From assembly GCA_040080595.1 (NCBI GenBank), contig JBEBIC010000002.1, positions 1 through 35,712 on the forward strand: a stretch of 35,712 nt of DNA, written 5' to 3'. The stretch comes from Bacteroidia bacterium (GTDB lineage Bacteria > Bacteroidota > Bacteroidia > UBA4408). Below the pieces are notes generated by a model. It did not search any database. It had not been told where the DNA came from and saw only the letters and a list, made by a program, of their open reading frames with translations. Made by a program: the position numbers and the translations under genes. Below, one piece after another: positions 1 through 10,701 of this stretch. The first letter of the stretch is position 1, and every line of letters starts with the position of its first letter.

Positions 1-25
1 CTATTTTAGCATAAAAATAAATACA

Positions 26-352
26 ATGAAAAAATCAGATATAACATTTAGCGTAGAGCTTGACGAAACCAAGATGCCCATAAACATAGAGTGGCAAGCC
101 TCCGATGCTGGCGAAGAAGCCAACAACTGCAAAGCTATGATGCTAAGTATGTGGGACAGAAAAGAAGAAAACACCATGCGTATAGACCTATGGACAAAAG
201 ATATGAAGGTGGACGAAATGAAATTATTTTTTCATCAAACATTTGTATCTATGATAAACACGCTGGAACGTGCTACTGGTGCGGATAACACCATATTAGA
301 GATGAGAGAATATAGCAAGCATTTGGCAGAACAAATGAAATTGATTAAGTAA
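26..352 (+). CDS. gldC: Gliding motility protein GldC
   Basis: The 108-aa product carries the GldC-type core 'MLSMWDRKEENTMRIDLWTKDMKVDEMKLFFHQTF', recalled from Flavobacterium GldC. Size also matches. Confidence 0.8.
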   Translation: MKKSDITFSVELDETKMPINIEWQASDAGEEANNCKAMMLSMWDRKEENTMRIDLWTKDMKVDEMKLFFHQTFVSMINTLERATGADNTILEMREYSKHLAEQMKLIK

Positions 353-375
353 AAAATATTTTGTGTAACTAAGTA

Positions 376-924
376 ATGCACCCTACAAAAAACAACACTG
401 TCGTTATACCTAAGCGTACTCGTATGCTTGTGTTTGCAGTACTTGCACTTGTTGTTTTGGTTGCGTTACTTCCTACTATTAACTTGAGTGTGCGCAAGGT
501 TATACACGCTAATCAGTTAGCTAAGTTAAGTACTTTAACTGCTACCAATGCTCAACTAATTACGCTTACATTTACACCAGTACAGTATGCACAATTAAGT
601 ATTGATGATAATGAGTTGGAATACAATGGTAAAATGTACGATATAAAAAGTAGTACAACAACCAACGCCAACACTACACTAACACTCCTACCCGATAGCC
701 TAGAGACTTACGTAATAGCCTTGTTTAAACATTTAGCACGTAATAATAATGAGGAACTAACAGCCTCCAATTTATTTTTGTTTTATTACTGCGAAAGTAT
801 TCCTGTTATCCAGTTTAAACCAATTAGTACTACATACATAAGCAAAAACTACATTGCCTATGTGTGTTTTTATGTAAATCCATTACATAAAAACACAACA
901 CCTCCTCCACAATTATTGAGTTAA
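376..924 (+). CDS. Hypothetical membrane-anchored protein
   Basis: 182-aa ORF with one N-terminal hydrophobic helix (MLVFAVLALVVLVALLP). No recognisable catalytic motif. It sits 23 nt downstream of gldC. Confidence 0.5.
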   Translation: MHPTKNNTVVIPKRTRMLVFAVLALVVLVALLPTINLSVRKVIHANQLAKLSTLTATNAQLITLTFTPVQYAQLSIDDNELEYNGKMYDIKSSTTTNANTTLTLLPDSLETYVIALFKHLARNNNEELTASNLFLFYYCESIPVIQFKPISTTYISKNYIAYVCFYVNPLHKNTTPPPQLLS

Positions 925-1029
925 AATAAAAAATTAAATTAACGTTATAACCCAACGTTAGCAATGTTTTGATGACTCCATCAAACCCATATTTATTTTA
1001 TTATTAACTCATTAATTATTCATTAAACA

Positions 1030-3207
1030 ATGAAATTAATTTTACTAACTGTTGCCTTTGTTGCAACAATAGCTAGCTATGCGCAAGATACGCTTACTAC
1101 ACAATCGTTAAACGATGTGGTAATATCTGCCACAAAATTTGAAACTAATCCTAAACAAATAGGACAAAAAATACAAGTAATAAACGCCAAAGAACTACAA
1201 TGGCAAAACGCAGCCAATAGCGCCGATGTGCTTAGCAATACAGGAAACATACTGGTGCAAAAAAGCCAAGGTGGAGGCGGAAGTCCTATTATACGTGGCT
1301 TTGAAGCCAATAAAGTAGTAATAGAAATAGATGGAGTACGTATGAACAACGCAATATTTAGAGGAGGGCATTTGCAAAATGCCTTGCGTATAGATAATAA
1401 TGCGTTGGATAAATTGGAAGTATTATATGGTCCGTCATCAACCATATACGGTAGCGATGCCTTAGGTGGTGTAATGCACTTTATTACCAAAAAACCAAAG
1501 TTAAATATGTTTGAAGGAAGTGCTGTAACCCGCTACAGTACAGCCACACAAGAAACGGTAGGTAACTTAAATTTTAATATTGGGGGTAAAAAATGGGCTT
1601 CGTTTACCAGTATAACATTTGCAAACTATGGCGATGTTGTGCAAGGAAAAGTACGTAAAAGTGCGTATGCCGATTTTGGAAAAAGACCTAACTATGTAGC
1701 CCGTATTGACAATAAAGATTACGTTATTACTAATGCTAATGTAAACAAACAAGTGGGCTCGGGCTATGAACAGCACGACATTATTGAAAAACTACGCTAT
1801 CAGCAAAACGCTACTACTAATCATACCTTTAACTTTCAGTACTCTGCCACTGGCGATGTAAACCGCTACGACCGCCTTACCGAAACAAGCGCAGGTAAAC
1901 CTAAATTTGCAGAGTGGTATTATGGCCCTGAAGAACGATTAATGGCGAGTTATAAATTAGAAAAAGATATTGATAAAAAATTAATAGATAAACTAATTGT
2001 AACAACTGCATATCAAAACAACAAGGAAAGCCGTAATACACGCAGGTTAGGTAGCAACAAACGCAAATCGCAGTTTGAAAACGTAAATGTATATTCTGTA
2101 GATATAGACGCATTAAAAAAACTCAATCGTCACGAAATTAACTATGGTGCAGAGGCATATTTTAATACTGTACAATCATCAGCTATATTCTTTGATATAA
2201 ATACCGCAGCTACATCTATTGCCGATAGTCGCTATCCTAGTGGCGGAAGCACTATGAACAACGAAGCTGTGTATGTGCAAGATAAAATTACATTGGCTAC
2301 TAACAAGTTGTTTTTGAATTTAGGCGCACGTTATAATCTTAGTCAGTTACAATCAACGTTTGGCGACACTACTTATTTTGCATTTCCATTTGATAACGTA
2401 AAACAAAACAACACGGCACTATCAGGCAATGTAAGTTTAGTGTATTTGCCCACGCAATACACTAAATTATCAGCACTAACATCAACAGGTTATCGCACGC
2501 CTAACGTGGACGATATGAGTAAAGTGTTTGAAAGTTCGGCGGGTAATATTATTGTACCCAATGGTGCGTTAAAACCCGAATATACCAAAAACTTAGAGCT
2601 ATCAGCATCACAAACTATTGCTAAAAAAATAACGCTTGAAGCAGGTGCATATTACACACAAATAAGTAATGCAATAACAGTAGGAGCAGCAACCTATAAC
2701 GGAAAAGACAGTGTGAATTATGGTGGAGTTACTAGTAAAGTATATACAAGCCAAAACAAACAAAATGCTTACATACAAGGGGCTTACGGAGCATTGATAA
2801 TAAATGCCACTAAACACCTATCAGTAAACGGCACTATAAATTATACGTACGGACGCATTAAAACCGACACAGTAGAAATTCCTTTAGACCACATAGCGCC
2901 CACATTTGGCAAGGCGCAAATGTTATACACGCATAATAAATTGCAAGCAGATGTATCGTTTATATTTAATGGTAAAAAAGAATTAAAAAACTATTTGCTT
3001 AATGGCGAAGACAATGAGCAATATGCCACCAAAGACGGTATGCCTGCGTGGAGTACACTTAATGCTCGTGTAGCTTATAATGTGTGTAAATACTTAAATG
3101 TACAACTTGCGTGCGATAATATACTAGACGCTAACTACCGTGTGTTTGCATCGGGAATGAGTGCACCAGGTCGTAATTTTAGAGTTACATTACGTGCTAA
3201 TTTTTAA
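1030..3207 (+). CDS. TonB-dependent outer-membrane receptor
   Basis: Signal peptide ending SYAQD. Plug-domain motifs 'SPIIRGFEANKVVIEIDGVRMNN' and 'LEVLYGPSSTIYGSDALGGVMHF'. 725 aa with a terminal aromatic residue (RANF). Confidence 0.9.
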   Translation: MKLILLTVAFVATIASYAQDTLTTQSLNDVVISATKFETNPKQIGQKIQVINAKELQWQNAANSADVLSNTGNILVQKSQGGGGSPIIRGFEANKVVIEIDGVRMNNAIFRGGHLQNALRIDNNALDKLEVLYGPSSTIYGSDALGGVMHFITKKPKLNMFEGSAVTRYSTATQETVGNLNFNIGGKKWASFTSITFANYGDVVQGKVRKSAYADFGKRPNYVARIDNKDYVITNANVNKQVGSGYEQHDIIEKLRYQQNATTNHTFNFQYSATGDVNRYDRLTETSAGKPKFAEWYYGPEERLMASYKLEKDIDKKLIDKLIVTTAYQNNKESRNTRRLGSNKRKSQFENVNVYSVDIDALKKLNRHEINYGAEAYFNTVQSSAIFFDINTAATSIADSRYPSGGSTMNNEAVYVQDKITLATNKLFLNLGARYNLSQLQSTFGDTTYFAFPFDNVKQNNTALSGNVSLVYLPTQYTKLSALTSTGYRTPNVDDMSKVFESSAGNIIVPNGALKPEYTKNLELSASQTIAKKITLEAGAYYTQISNAITVGAATYNGKDSVNYGGVTSKVYTSQNKQNAYIQGAYGALIINATKHLSVNGTINYTYGRIKTDTVEIPLDHIAPTFGKAQMLYTHNKLQADVSFIFNGKKELKNYLLNGEDNEQYATKDGMPAWSTLNARVAYNVCKYLNVQLACDNILDANYRVFASGMSAPGRNFRVTLRANF

Positions 3208-3228
3208 TAATAACCACGAGTAAAAACA

Positions 3229-3275
3229 ATACGCTTAGATATATGTAAACCTTACCATATCTAAGCGTATTTTTA
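3229..3275. terminator. Bidirectional hairpin terminator between the convergent TonB receptor gene and katG
   Basis: Perfect 14-bp arms ATACGCTTAGATAT (3229-3242) and ATATCTAAGCGTAT (3257-3270), followed by TTTT. Confidence 0.6.
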
Positions 3276-3288
3276 GTTGTAATTAATT

Positions 3289-5574
<2,286 letters not shown>

Positions 5575-5597
5575 TTAGTGTTATTATTTTAACACTA

Positions 5598-5605
5598 CAA
5601 ATGTA
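5598..5605 (-). promoter_or_regulatory. Putative Bacteroidota -7 promoter box (TAcaTTTG) for katG
   Basis: The plus strand reads CAAATGTA, so the minus strand reads TACATTTG. This matches the TAnnTTTG consensus about 60 nt upstream of the katG ATG. Confidence 0.35.
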
Positions 5606-5609
5606 TGGC

Positions 5610-5643
5610 ATAACAAACTATTGAACTAAACAATAATTTCTAT
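5610..5643. promoter_or_regulatory. Putative OxyR operator in the katG-oxyR divergent region
   Basis: Two ATAA-N3/4-CTAT units, ATAACAAACTAT at 5610-5621 and ATAATTTCTAT at 5633-5643. Their CTAT elements are 22 bp apart (two helical turns) and lie between the two putative -7 boxes. Confidence 0.3.
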
Positions 5644-5648
5644 ATTTG
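5641..5648 (+). promoter_or_regulatory. Putative -7 promoter box (TAtaTTTG) for oxyR
   Basis: TATATTTG lies 27 nt upstream of the oxyR ATG and matches the Bacteroidota TAnnTTTG consensus. Confidence 0.35.
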
Positions 5649-5674
5649 TTATTGACAACATCAATACTTAAAAA

Positions 5675-6610
5675 ATGAATTTACAACAATTGCAATACAT
5701 AGTAGCCTTACATAAACTAAAGAGTTTTAGTAAAGCTGCCGACGCTTGTTTTATTACGCAAGCCACACTTAGTACTATGGTAAAAAAGTTGGAGGAGGAG
5801 TTAGATATTGTAATTTTTGACCGCAAAACCAGCCCTATTATTACCACCGATAGTGGACTTGAAGTAATAGAAGAGGCAAAAAAAATACTGTTGCACGCCG
5901 AAAACTTAAAACAAATGGCATCGGTTTTAACTCGTAAAATAGAGGGCGAGTTGCGTATAGGTATAATACCAACTGTGGCTAGTGGCGTGCTTTACCGCAT
6001 AGTACCACACTTAATGGCCAAGTACCCAAAGTTGAAATTATTTATATCGGAAATTACTACCAAAAACATTATTCAACAACTAAAAACAGGCGAGTTAGAT
6101 GTGGGTATAGTTTCTACACCGCTAAATAATACTGATATTGAAGAAGAGTTATTGTACTACGAAAAATTAATGGTGTACGGCAACAAAACCATCAACAAAA
6201 AATACATACTACCCAAAGATATAGCTACCCAAAAAATATGGTTGCTGGAAGAGGGCAACTGCCTGCGCAATCAAGTAATGAACGTGTGCGCACTTAATGC
6301 TAAAAAATTAAATAACAACTTGCATTTTGAACCCAACTCGTTTGAAACCCTCATAAGTTTTGTAGATAAACTAAACGGACTTACGCTTATACCTGAGCTA
6401 TATTACATGGGTTTATCTGCAGATAAAAAAGCTAAAGTAATAGATTTTAAAGCGCCTGTACCTGTACGAGAAATAAGTATAATATACCACCGCCCTTATG
6501 CAAAACAACGCTTAATAAATGTACTAACTACCGAAATTAAAGAAATTATAACCCCACTATTGCAAACAAGCAAACTAAAAAACAAGGATATGATAATAGC
6601 AAAAATATAA
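5675..6610 (+). CDS. oxyR: LysR-family hydrogen-peroxide sensor/regulator OxyR
   Basis: N-terminal LysR HTH (LQYIVALHKLKSFSKAADACFITQATLSTMVKKLEEEL). 'LLEEGNCLRNQVMNVC' reproduces the E. coli C199-X8-C208 redox pair spacing. The gene is divergent from katG. Confidence 0.85.
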   Translation: MNLQQLQYIVALHKLKSFSKAADACFITQATLSTMVKKLEEELDIVIFDRKTSPIITTDSGLEVIEEAKKILLHAENLKQMASVLTRKIEGELRIGIIPTVASGVLYRIVPHLMAKYPKLKLFISEITTKNIIQQLKTGELDVGIVSTPLNNTDIEEELLYYEKLMVYGNKTINKKYILPKDIATQKIWLLEEGNCLRNQVMNVCALNAKKLNNNLHFEPNSFETLISFVDKLNGLTLIPELYYMGLSADKKAKVIDFKAPVPVREISIIYHRPYAKQRLINVLTTEIKEIITPLLQTSKLKNKDMIIAKI

Positions 6611-6637
6611 GTTGTGCGGAGGGGGTATTAATAGTGA

Positions 6638-7309
6638 TTAGCTCAATACTTTAAACAATAAATCTGTAATAAAAATAGTAGTAAAATTTGTTTTGTTTTT
6701 AGCGGTAGCACTAGTAAGTTTGGGTAAGTTTGCAGTAAAGTATTGTTGCTGATGGGCTGTTTCTATTATAGTTGTGCTTAACGAGCGTGCGTATTTATAC
6801 GTGGGGTTGTATGCCGAAATTACTGCCGCTATTTTAACGCATAAATCTTTGTAAGGCTTAAACACTTGGGCTTTGTTTATTTCCAACACTTCTTTTACCA
6901 AATATACCTTGCTGCTTTCGCTAATAACTATTTGGTTTAAATATTTTTTGTTGTAATCGTACTGGTTAGTACTTGTGCCTAAATCATGTGTTAGCAAGTT
7001 TACAATTATCTTTAAGCGTTCTTTTTTATCGCTTACGTTTTCGAGTTTAAACGTTACCAAAAACTCCATATAACTCCAGTACCAATTAAGTATATAAAGC
7101 AACAAGCGGTGTTTGTTTTCAAAATACCTATACATAGTAGCCTCTGTACTGCCTATTTCTAGGGCTAATTTTTTAAATGTAAATTGTTCAAACCCCAATT
7201 CATATATTAAGTCTATGGCAGTTTTTACCATAAGCTTACCTACTTCGCTAGTTTCGGGATTGCGCAAAAATATTTTTTCGTTAATATCAAACTTTACTTG
7301 AAACTCCAT
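6638..7309 (-). CDS. TetR/AcrR-family transcriptional regulator
   Basis: N-terminal TetR-type HTH 'FEQFTFKKLALEIGSTEATMYRYFENKHRLL'. 223 aa, all-helical. Confidence 0.75.
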   Translation of the reverse strand: MEFQVKFDINEKIFLRNPETSEVGKLMVKTAIDLIYELGFEQFTFKKLALEIGSTEATMYRYFENKHRLLLYILNWYWSYMEFLVTFKLENVSDKKERLKIIVNLLTHDLGTSTNQYDYNKKYLNQIVISESSKVYLVKEVLEINKAQVFKPYKDLCVKIAAVISAYNPTYKYARSLSTTIIETAHQQQYFTANLPKLTSATAKNKTNFTTIFITDLLFKVLS

Positions 7310-7387
7310 TTTTTGTTTTTTTTACAAAAATAGGGTTTGTTTTCAATAATAGTAATTATATCTATAAATTAATAAAAAAACTATTTG

Positions 7388-7404
7388 TAATAGTATTACT
7401 ATTA
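7388..7404. promoter_or_regulatory. 17-bp perfect palindrome, candidate TetR operator
   Basis: TAATAGTATTACTATTA, with 8+8 arms around a central T, lies in the divergent TetR / beta-carbonic anhydrase intergenic region. A related half-site AATAGTAATTA is at about 7346-7356. Confidence 0.35.
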
Positions 7405-7458
7405 TTAAAAATAGTTTTATATGTTTGTAAAACACTTAACGTTTAAAACTAAAAAAAC

Positions 7459-8085
7459 ATGCGCACACATTCCAAAGAAACTCAAAGTAACTTAACGCCA
7501 GAAACTGCTCTTCAAATTTTAAAAGAGGGTAACGAACGATTTGTAAATAATTTAAAAGCAAATAGAAACCTTTTGCAACAAGTAAACGACACTTCTACAG
7601 GTCAGTTTCCGTTTGCTACCGTATTAAGCTGCATAGATAGTAGAACATCAGCAGAACTTATATTTGACCAAGGCTTGGGCGATATTTTTAGTATTCGTAT
7701 TGCTGGCAATATACTCAACGAAGATATTTTGGGCAGTATGGAATTTGCTACCAAAATAGCAGGCACAAAAGTTATAATGGTACTCGGACATAGTAAATGC
7801 GGAGCAATAATAGGTGCATGCAACCATGTAGAAATGGGTAACTTAACTACGTTACTCAACAAAATACAGCCCGCTATATTTAACGAAAAAATTACACTTG
7901 ATAACAGAACAGGTACTAACCAAACGTTTGTAAACAACGTAACCGAAATAAACGTACACCTAACCATAGAAAGAATACGCCGTGAAAGCCCAATAATAGC
8001 CGAAATGGAACAAACCGAACAATTAAAAATAGTAGGTGGCGTGTATGATGTAGAAACAGGTGTGGTAAGTTTGTTTAATAACTAA
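7459..8085 (+). CDS. Beta-class carbonic anhydrase
   Basis: Zinc-ligand motifs 'SCIDSR' and 'GHSKCGA'. 208 aa. Confidence 0.9.
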   Translation: MRTHSKETQSNLTPETALQILKEGNERFVNNLKANRNLLQQVNDTSTGQFPFATVLSCIDSRTSAELIFDQGLGDIFSIRIAGNILNEDILGSMEFATKIAGTKVIMVLGHSKCGAIIGACNHVEMGNLTTLLNKIQPAIFNEKITLDNRTGTNQTFVNNVTEINVHLTIERIRRESPIIAEMEQTEQLKIVGGVYDVETGVVSLFNN

Positions 8086-8113
8086 GAGCACAACTACACA
8101 ACTAGTGTTAAGC

Positions 8114-8148
8114 AAAAGCGCTGTTTCTATTAAGAAACAGCGCTTTTT
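8114..8148. terminator. Bidirectional rho-independent terminator
   Basis: Stem AGCGCTGTTTC (8117-8127) pairs with GAAACAGCGCT (8134-8144). It is flanked by AAAA on one side and TTTTT on the other, between convergent genes. Confidence 0.7.
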
Positions 8149-8172
8149 GATATAAACAAACGTACGTAAATA

Positions 8173-8697
8173 TTACGCTTTAGCCAACTGTATGTTTAGT
8201 GCTAATTTTATGTCTTCGGCTACTAATAATCCGCCAGCTTCGGTTACTGCATTCCAAGTCATGCCAAAATCTTTACGGTTTATAACTCCATTAATTTCAA
8301 AACCAGCTTTGGTGTTTCCCCATGGGTCTTTCATTATACCGCCAAGTGTTACTTGTAACGTTACTGGCTTTGTAGTTTCTTTTAGGGTAAGATGCCCGTT
8401 TAATTCGTAATCATCGTTGTTCTTTTTAGTTAGTACACCATTACTAAACGTAATTTTAGGGAACTTTTCTACATCAAAAAACTCTGCCGATTTTAAGTGA
8501 TTATCTCTATCTATTTGATTAGTAGATATACTAGCCACGTCTAAATTAAATGTTACTGCGGCATTGTCAAACGAGTCTTCGCTTGTTGCTACTACAGTTC
8601 CTTCATAGTTAGTAAAATTGCCTGTTACGGTTGATATTACTAAGTGTTTTACTTTAAATTGTACTTCAGAGTGTGTTTGGTCAATGTTCCAGTTCAT
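8173..8697 (-). CDS. YceI-family (polyisoprenoid-binding) protein, no signal peptide
   Basis: 'WNIDQTHSEVQFKVKHLVISTVTGNF' and 'RDNHLKSAEFFDVEKFPKITF' are typical YceI motifs. Confidence 0.85.
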   Translation of the reverse strand: MNWNIDQTHSEVQFKVKHLVISTVTGNFTNYEGTVVATSEDSFDNAAVTFNLDVASISTNQIDRDNHLKSAEFFDVEKFPKITFSNGVLTKKNNDDYELNGHLTLKETTKPVTLQVTLGGIMKDPWGNTKAGFEINGVINRKDFGMTWNAVTEAGGLLVAEDIKLALNIQLAKA

Positions 8698-8740
8698 GAT
8701 TTTTGTTTTGAGTTATTATTAAATTTAGTTTGTTGTTTAT

Positions 8741-9619
8741 TTAAGCTATAGTCATGGGTACGTCCATTACCAACACTTCTACGTTGTTGGTTTTTGCTTG
8801 TATGTTTATTTTTTCAATGTCCCAAATACCAAAGCCATCTCGTTTGTTAAGTTCGTGTCCATTTACAGTAACGTCGCCATTTATTACAAATAAATACACT
8901 CCGTTTCCTTTGCGTTTTATCGTGTAATCTACTGCCACATCTTTGTCAAAAACACCTTGATGAAACCAAGCGTCTTGATGTACCCATACCCCATCATCAT
9001 CGGTATTGGGAGATAGTATTTGTTGCAAATTATTCTTACTTTTTGTTTTGTCTAAGGTTAATTGGTCATAACGTGGAGTAACATTTTTTTTGTTAGGAAA
9101 CATCCATATTTGTAAGGTGTTGGCGTCCTTATCTTTGTTTGGATTAAACTCGCTGTGCTGTATGCCAGTACCTGCGCTCATACATTGTATATCGCCGTAG
9201 TTAATTATTTTTCCGTTACCCATACTGTCTTTGTGTTCCAAAGCACCAGCTAGCGGTATGGTTATTATTTCCATATTATCGTGTGGGTGTGTGCCAAAGC
9301 CCATTCCTGCTGCTATTATATCGTCGTTCATTACTCTAAGTACCCCAAAGTGCATACGCTCGGGGTTGTGATAATTGGCAAAACTGAACGAGAAATTTGC
9401 TTTAAGCCAACCATGGTCAGCAGTGCCACGTGTGTTGGCTTTGTGTATAACTATGTTTTCCATTATTTTGGTTGTTGGTGGTGGTAAATGATTGTATCCT
9501 ATGGGTGTAAGTTCGGCTAATTCGTCAATATCGTTTTTTAATACATTGGCTATAGCACCAGTACTTACTAGCATAGCAGTACCAAGTAAACCTTTCCTAA
9601 GAAATTCTTTTCTGTCCAT
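8741..9619 (-). CDS. Pirin-family protein (cupin) with a Tat-like signal peptide
   Basis: Cupin metal-site motif 'GFGTHPHDNMEIITIPLAGALEH'. The N-terminus is 'MDRKEFLRKGLLGTAMLVSTGAIA'. Confidence 0.85.
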   Translation of the reverse strand: MDRKEFLRKGLLGTAMLVSTGAIANVLKNDIDELAELTPIGYNHLPPPTTKIMENIVIHKANTRGTADHGWLKANFSFSFANYHNPERMHFGVLRVMNDDIIAAGMGFGTHPHDNMEIITIPLAGALEHKDSMGNGKIINYGDIQCMSAGTGIQHSEFNPNKDKDANTLQIWMFPNKKNVTPRYDQLTLDKTKSKNNLQQILSPNTDDDGVWVHQDAWFHQGVFDKDVAVDYTIKRKGNGVYLFVINGDVTVNGHELNKRDGFGIWDIEKINIQAKTNNVEVLVMDVPMTIA

Positions 9620-9736
9620 GATTATAAATTTTAATAATTGTGTTAATTAACTTTTACAAAAATGAAACATTACCAACACATATTCATTAACCTAGATTAA
9701 GAAATAAGGTATTTATTGTGAGTGGAGTTACGCCCT

Positions 9737-10315
9737 CTATTTCTTTGAAAGTTTAGCACGAGTTTTACTCAAAAACTCAGGTGTAATACCCAAGTAAGAG
9801 GCTATCATGTGTTGCGGAACACGCAACGGAATGCTAGGATATCTTTTTATAAACTGTAAATATCTGCTTTCGGCGGTTTCCGAAATAGTGGCTAACAGCC
9901 TATTCATCATTGTTTCAAATGCTTTTTGCACCATTAGTCTAAACAAGCGTTCGAGCGCAGGAATTTTATTAAACAACAATTCTTTGTTTTCATAGCTTAT
10001 TAGCAGTACTTCCGAATCTTCAAGCGCTTGTATATATAATTTTGATGGAATGCGCTGCGAAAAGCTTATTAAATCGCCAATCCACCAGTCTTCGCTCGCA
10101 AATAGCAAATCGGTTTCGTTGCCACTTTCGTTTATGCAATACATTCTAAACAGTCCTTTTAGTACATATCCTTCAAAATTACACACCACTCCTGGCTCTA
10201 AAATAATTTCTTTTTTCTTAAACGTTTTATGTTGTAATTTATCATTAAAGTAGTCGTACTCACTCTTAGTAAGCGACACTCGTTTTGCAACAAATTCATT
10301 TATTTTTGAGAACAT
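9737..10315 (-). CDS. Crp/Fnr-family transcriptional regulator
   Basis: 192 aa with a cNMP-binding-like N-terminal barrel and a C-terminal HTH 'PQHMIASYLGITPEFLSKTR'. Confidence 0.8.
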   Translation of the reverse strand: MFSKINEFVAKRVSLTKSEYDYFNDKLQHKTFKKKEIILEPGVVCNFEGYVLKGLFRMYCINESGNETDLLFASEDWWIGDLISFSQRIPSKLYIQALEDSEVLLISYENKELLFNKIPALERLFRLMVQKAFETMMNRLLATISETAESRYLQFIKRYPSIPLRVPQHMIASYLGITPEFLSKTRAKLSKK

Positions 10316-10469
10316 GTGTGGTGTTTTTTTTAAGTTTTTTTATAATACGAATATGTGGTGGATTCAATTCATAAATTCAACACTAAACTGCACTTTTAAG
10401 TTTAAGTTTTTCGTTAGTAGATAAAAATTCAATCTTTTTATTGGTCTATTATTTAGTTGGTTTTAAATG

Positions 10470-10495
10470 TAATTCGTAATTTTTAATTCGTAATT
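10470..10495. repeat. Four heptad-phased TAATT repeats (TAATTCG TAATTTT TAATTCG TAATT)
   Basis: Read directly from the sequence: TAATT starts at 10470, 10477, 10484 and 10491. Equivalently, the 12-mer TAATTCGTAATT occurs twice, 14 nt apart. Confidence 0.6.
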
Positions 10496-10519
10496 AATTC
10501 AATAATTTATCTAAAAACC

Positions 10520-10556
10520 AAAAAACGCCAAGTAAATAATTACTTAGCGTTTTTTT
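10520..10556 (-). terminator. Rho-independent terminator downstream of tRNA-His
   Basis: An 11-bp hairpin with one mismatch spans 10524-10551. It is flanked by A6 (U6 on the minus strand) and by T7. Confidence 0.6.
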
Positions 10557-10567
10557 ACTTTATTACG

Positions 10568-10642
10568 GGTGGCTGACCGGGCTCGAACCGGCGACCCTCG
10601 GCACCACAAACCAATACTCTAACCAACTGAGCTACAGCCACC
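10568..10642 (-). tRNA. tRNA-His (anticodon GTG) with genome-encoded G-1
   Basis: The reverse complement folds by hand into a cloverleaf. The acceptor GTGGCTG/CAGCCAC has an extra 5' G opposite discriminator C. The D arm is GCTC/GAGT, the anticodon stem-loop is TTGGT-TTGTGGT-GCCGA (GTG), and the T arm is GCCGG-TTCGAGC-CCGGT. CCA is not encoded. Confidence 0.9.
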
Positions 10643-10701
10643 ATAATTGTTGTACAAAAGTAGTATAATTTTTTTTGTATGAAAATTATTTTTCAATTAA
10701 A

